A stretch of 63,517 nucleotides of DNA, the filler included, from Atractiella rhizophila (lineage: Eukaryota): NCBI GenBank assembly GCA_021432655.1. It is 6 parts of 6 records of this genome, joined end to end, with 100 filler letters (N's around TTAATTAATTAA, not from the genome) between each part and the next. Parts side by side here need not be neighbours in the genome. Positions count along the whole stretch, not along the records: positions 62,201 to 63,517 come from MU271452.1; 5 more parts are not named here. One strand, given 5' to 3'. Both the position numbers and the translations under genes were made by a program. This document shows, piece after piece, positions 62,453-63,517 of the stretch (positions are counted from its first letter, which is position 1; each line of letters starts with the position of its first letter). Under the pieces are notes generated by a model, which saw only the letters and a program-made list of their open reading frames with translations, was not told where the DNA came from and ran no database searches.

Positions 62453-63461
62453 AATTGTAAAATAAACTGTTCTATATTCTTCAACCCAGAGAAAGCCTGA
62501 ATTGACGGTCTCTCTTTATCATAAGGTTCCAACCACCTATCCATCAATGCAAACCATCCTGCTGGCATTTCTATTGACCCAAACTCGGCTTTCACCCATT
62601 CCCAAGGAAACGGCATGAAGCCTGACATTTCCCAGTCGATTATGGCACGCAATGTGATCGTCGCCTACGATAACGTTGCGAGGCGAAAGGTCACCATGGG
62701 TGAACACGATGGGGTACTGTTCGTAACGCCTTAGCAAGCGGCGCAAGTAGCGCTGGGAATTTGCTGATCCTCTGGCGACGTGCAAGAAGTTGCTAAATAG
62801 GCCGTCACAAAATTCCGAGACATTTTCAAATGGGCCAACGTGTGGATGGGACATAAATAGGGGGTCACCACACGGCGCCATGTTTACGCCACCGATGTTG
62901 GTTGCGGTGAGTTTTCGGAGAGAGGCAAATGCTTCCCGAAGGTCAAGTATGAGACGATCCTTCTGCTCGGCTGTCATCACGTCCCACTCAAGTTCAAGCG
63001 TCTTCCCAGGTACGAAAGCCATGAAGATGAAGATCTGCTTGTTGTATCGATAGGCCCCCTATACCTGACGTGGAACCACGCATCAATGAAGCTTCCTTGT
63101 AAGAGTTAAAAGAACATACCTCTGGGACTGGCACGCCAATGCTGGCCGCCAGTATCATCGCATTGGCCTCTTGAACAAAGACCTTCCTGCCGTACTTCGC
63201 AACAGTTCGCCCGTCGACTAGCCTGACAGTTGCAATCGTGCTCTGGTCCGAAAGCACTTTTGATCTGAAGACTTCTTCCAGTGTTGGAAGATGACTGTGT
63301 TCTATTGGGGACCAATCCAGCAGAGTGATAAAGGCAGCCTCGTCGACGTAGGTTAACCTTTCAAAATCGGCATTAGAATTCTCTTCTTCACCAGCACCTT
63401 CATCTCTTAATGAACTTGCAGTACTGATTGTGGCATAAGACAAGGCAACTACAAACTGCAT
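62446..63461 (-). CDS. Aminoglycoside-phosphotransferase-like (APH/protein kinase-like) protein with one frameshift near 62652
   Basis: VAKYG..EANAM..VPVPEV|..FMAFVPGKTL..HGDLSPRNVIV, then IIDWEMSGFMP in a different frame. Confidence 0.88.
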
Positions 63462-63517
63462 TAGGTGCCTCTCTTCTTCTCTGCCTCGCCCTGAGCTTTC
63501 TTTTCCAATTCCTCCAG

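Overview
Intron-rich fungal genomic DNA (basidiomycete-like: ~50-nt introns, GTGAGT/GTACG donors) from a draft assembly. Five 100-nt N44-TTAATTAATTAA-N44 spacers join unrelated contigs, and there are four 25-N gaps and one ~820-N gap. Recognisable genes: NUFIP1/Rsa1-like, cytosolic LeuRS, dephospho-CoA kinase, Vps60, a double-arrestin-fold protein, a Mak32-like PfkB kinase, MGMT, a Pro/Ser-rich protein, a DEAD-box pseudogene, an SHMT 3' end, two UDP-glycosyltransferase + NudE copies, a WHIM-like protein, the Rad2/XPG 5' part, HSP20, a hAT transposase 3' end, YjbQ, DUF4112, Prp19, a LINE-like 3' end and an APH-like kinase/pseudokinase pair. The main signal is invisible to the six-frame track. 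Three blocks that each start right after a 25-N gap (1138-2470, 16074-17521, 41639-45953; ~7 kb) are reversed but NOT complemented. Flipping them in place restores the junctions and reveals most of a PfkB kinase gene, the MGMT C-terminus, the NUFIP1 5' part, a Copia gag relic and a hAT MITE. This is most likely a gap-filling software artefact rather than new biology. Other candidates: snoRNA-like structures in oversized introns of housekeeping genes and the tail-to-tail kinase/pseudokinase pair.
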